Origin: Ramazzottius varieornatus
Taxonomy: Eukaryota > Animalia > Tardigrada
Length of the DNA stretch: 64,000 bases
Direction of reading: 5' to 3'
Assembly (NCBI GenBank): GCA_001949185.1
Contig: BDGG01000007.1
Coordinates: 383,401 to 447,400, forward strand
The notes beneath the pieces are model-generated. The model was not told where the DNA came from. It saw nothing but the letters and a program-made list of their open reading frames with translations, and did no database searches. Of the stretch, positions 63,101 through 64,000 are shown piece by piece; positions within the stretch are counted from its first letter, which is position 1, and each line of letters opens with the position of its first letter. A program made the position numbers and the translations under genes.

Positions 63101-63606
63101 TTGTTAATTTCTGAACGTGGTTTGTCTTGTGAATCGGGTAATCGCAATTATCTAATTAAAAGTTCGCAATTAAATTTCTGATGCGAAGCTAGTCTTAAAC
63201 CAGAACCGGCTCACCTGAGCTCATCAACGTCCTCTGGATCAAGGTTGAACGATTTTTCTGCTTCCGGTGTCTCCTTGTGTTCGGAACTGATGGTCTGGTA
63301 ATCATCGGTTTCTTTGAATGCTGCCTTCAAACTCCTCCGCGCACCTTGATCCTCTTCGTCACTGCTGTCGAGCGTGATGACGTCTTTACTTGGCTGCTTC
63401 TTTCCGGTGATTGAGAGTACGGTTGACTGTCTTCCCGCACTTCCCGACAAGTACGCGCTCAAGTTTCTTTTGAAGCCCCGATCAATCTAGAAGACCATCG
63501 CATGTTGAAATTGAGATTATGGAGGTTATCGTGTTCGTATTAGGATAACTAATTAATCTCTTACCGCTTGAAACGACGATGGTTTTTTAATGGGGCTGTT
63601 TGGCAT
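60134..63606 (-). CDS. MULE/Mutator-type DDE transposase with SWIM and C-terminal Zn-finger domains (about 1000 aa, about 6 exons)
   Basis: Catalytic motifs VLGVDTMFN (D1), YGTDGD (D2), LLCDIH (CxxH), NANECMN (E). SWIM VACDAKTC..ICQH. C-terminal KKCSGC..YFHANAKCV. Introns at 63214-63077, 62108-62015, 61320-61234 and 60604-60544 restore the frame. Confidence 0.88.
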
Positions 63607-64000
63607 ACTGCTTTCACTTTCGGAATTATACGGCACAAGCAAAGGAAATCTGCAACCCAAAAGCGTGATGGTCAATATTCAATTTGTTTTCATGATCTGA
63701 CATTTTTCTGATGGCTTAATGGCTAAAACGCGAATGTCCACTTACGATGATTTCTCTCTGCCTCATTTCCGCTGGATGACTCCTCCATGACCCAAAAGTG
63801 GCGACCAAGAGGCAGAATAATACTCACGAAAATATCGGATTACGTTTCAAATAACAGTATCAAAAAGACGGAAATGAGGAACGAAACGTCGACCGTTATT
63901 GCATTTGTGCATCAGACACTGATGAAGCAATATCGCTATCGTGTGAGCGCCAAAAGATTTCTCATTTAAGGCTGGTTCTTCACTTCATTGTCTGTAAAAA

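Overview
Eukaryotic (invertebrate animal) DNA from a compact genome with many short GT-AG introns. The gene repertoire and style are most reminiscent of a tardigrade, but this is an inference. From left to right the window contains: the 3' end of a gustatory-receptor-like gene; an intronless orphan rhodopsin-type GPCR; an SH2B/Lnk adaptor; a shared Cux/CASP locus whose CUT-domain branch appears to lack the homeodomain; UBE2K and C1QBP head-to-head; a coiled-coil gene; a PGP-type HAD phosphatase; a TATA-driven, very hydrophilic 71-aa orphan; a run of glycan-acting enzymes (a DxD GT-like gene, a GT32, and a bacterial-type GH3 with a mucin stalk and GPI-like tail); and a microsomal epoxide hydrolase. 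At the right end sits an intact spliced MULE-type transposase, followed in tandem by an intronless chromodomain + RFX-like winged-helix gene, a candidate two-gene chromatin-reading transposon. Many MITEs (hAT-, Tc1/mariner- and Merlin-like) and a deleted CRE-like non-LTR remnant are interspersed. All exon structures were derived by eye from splice signals and frame continuity.
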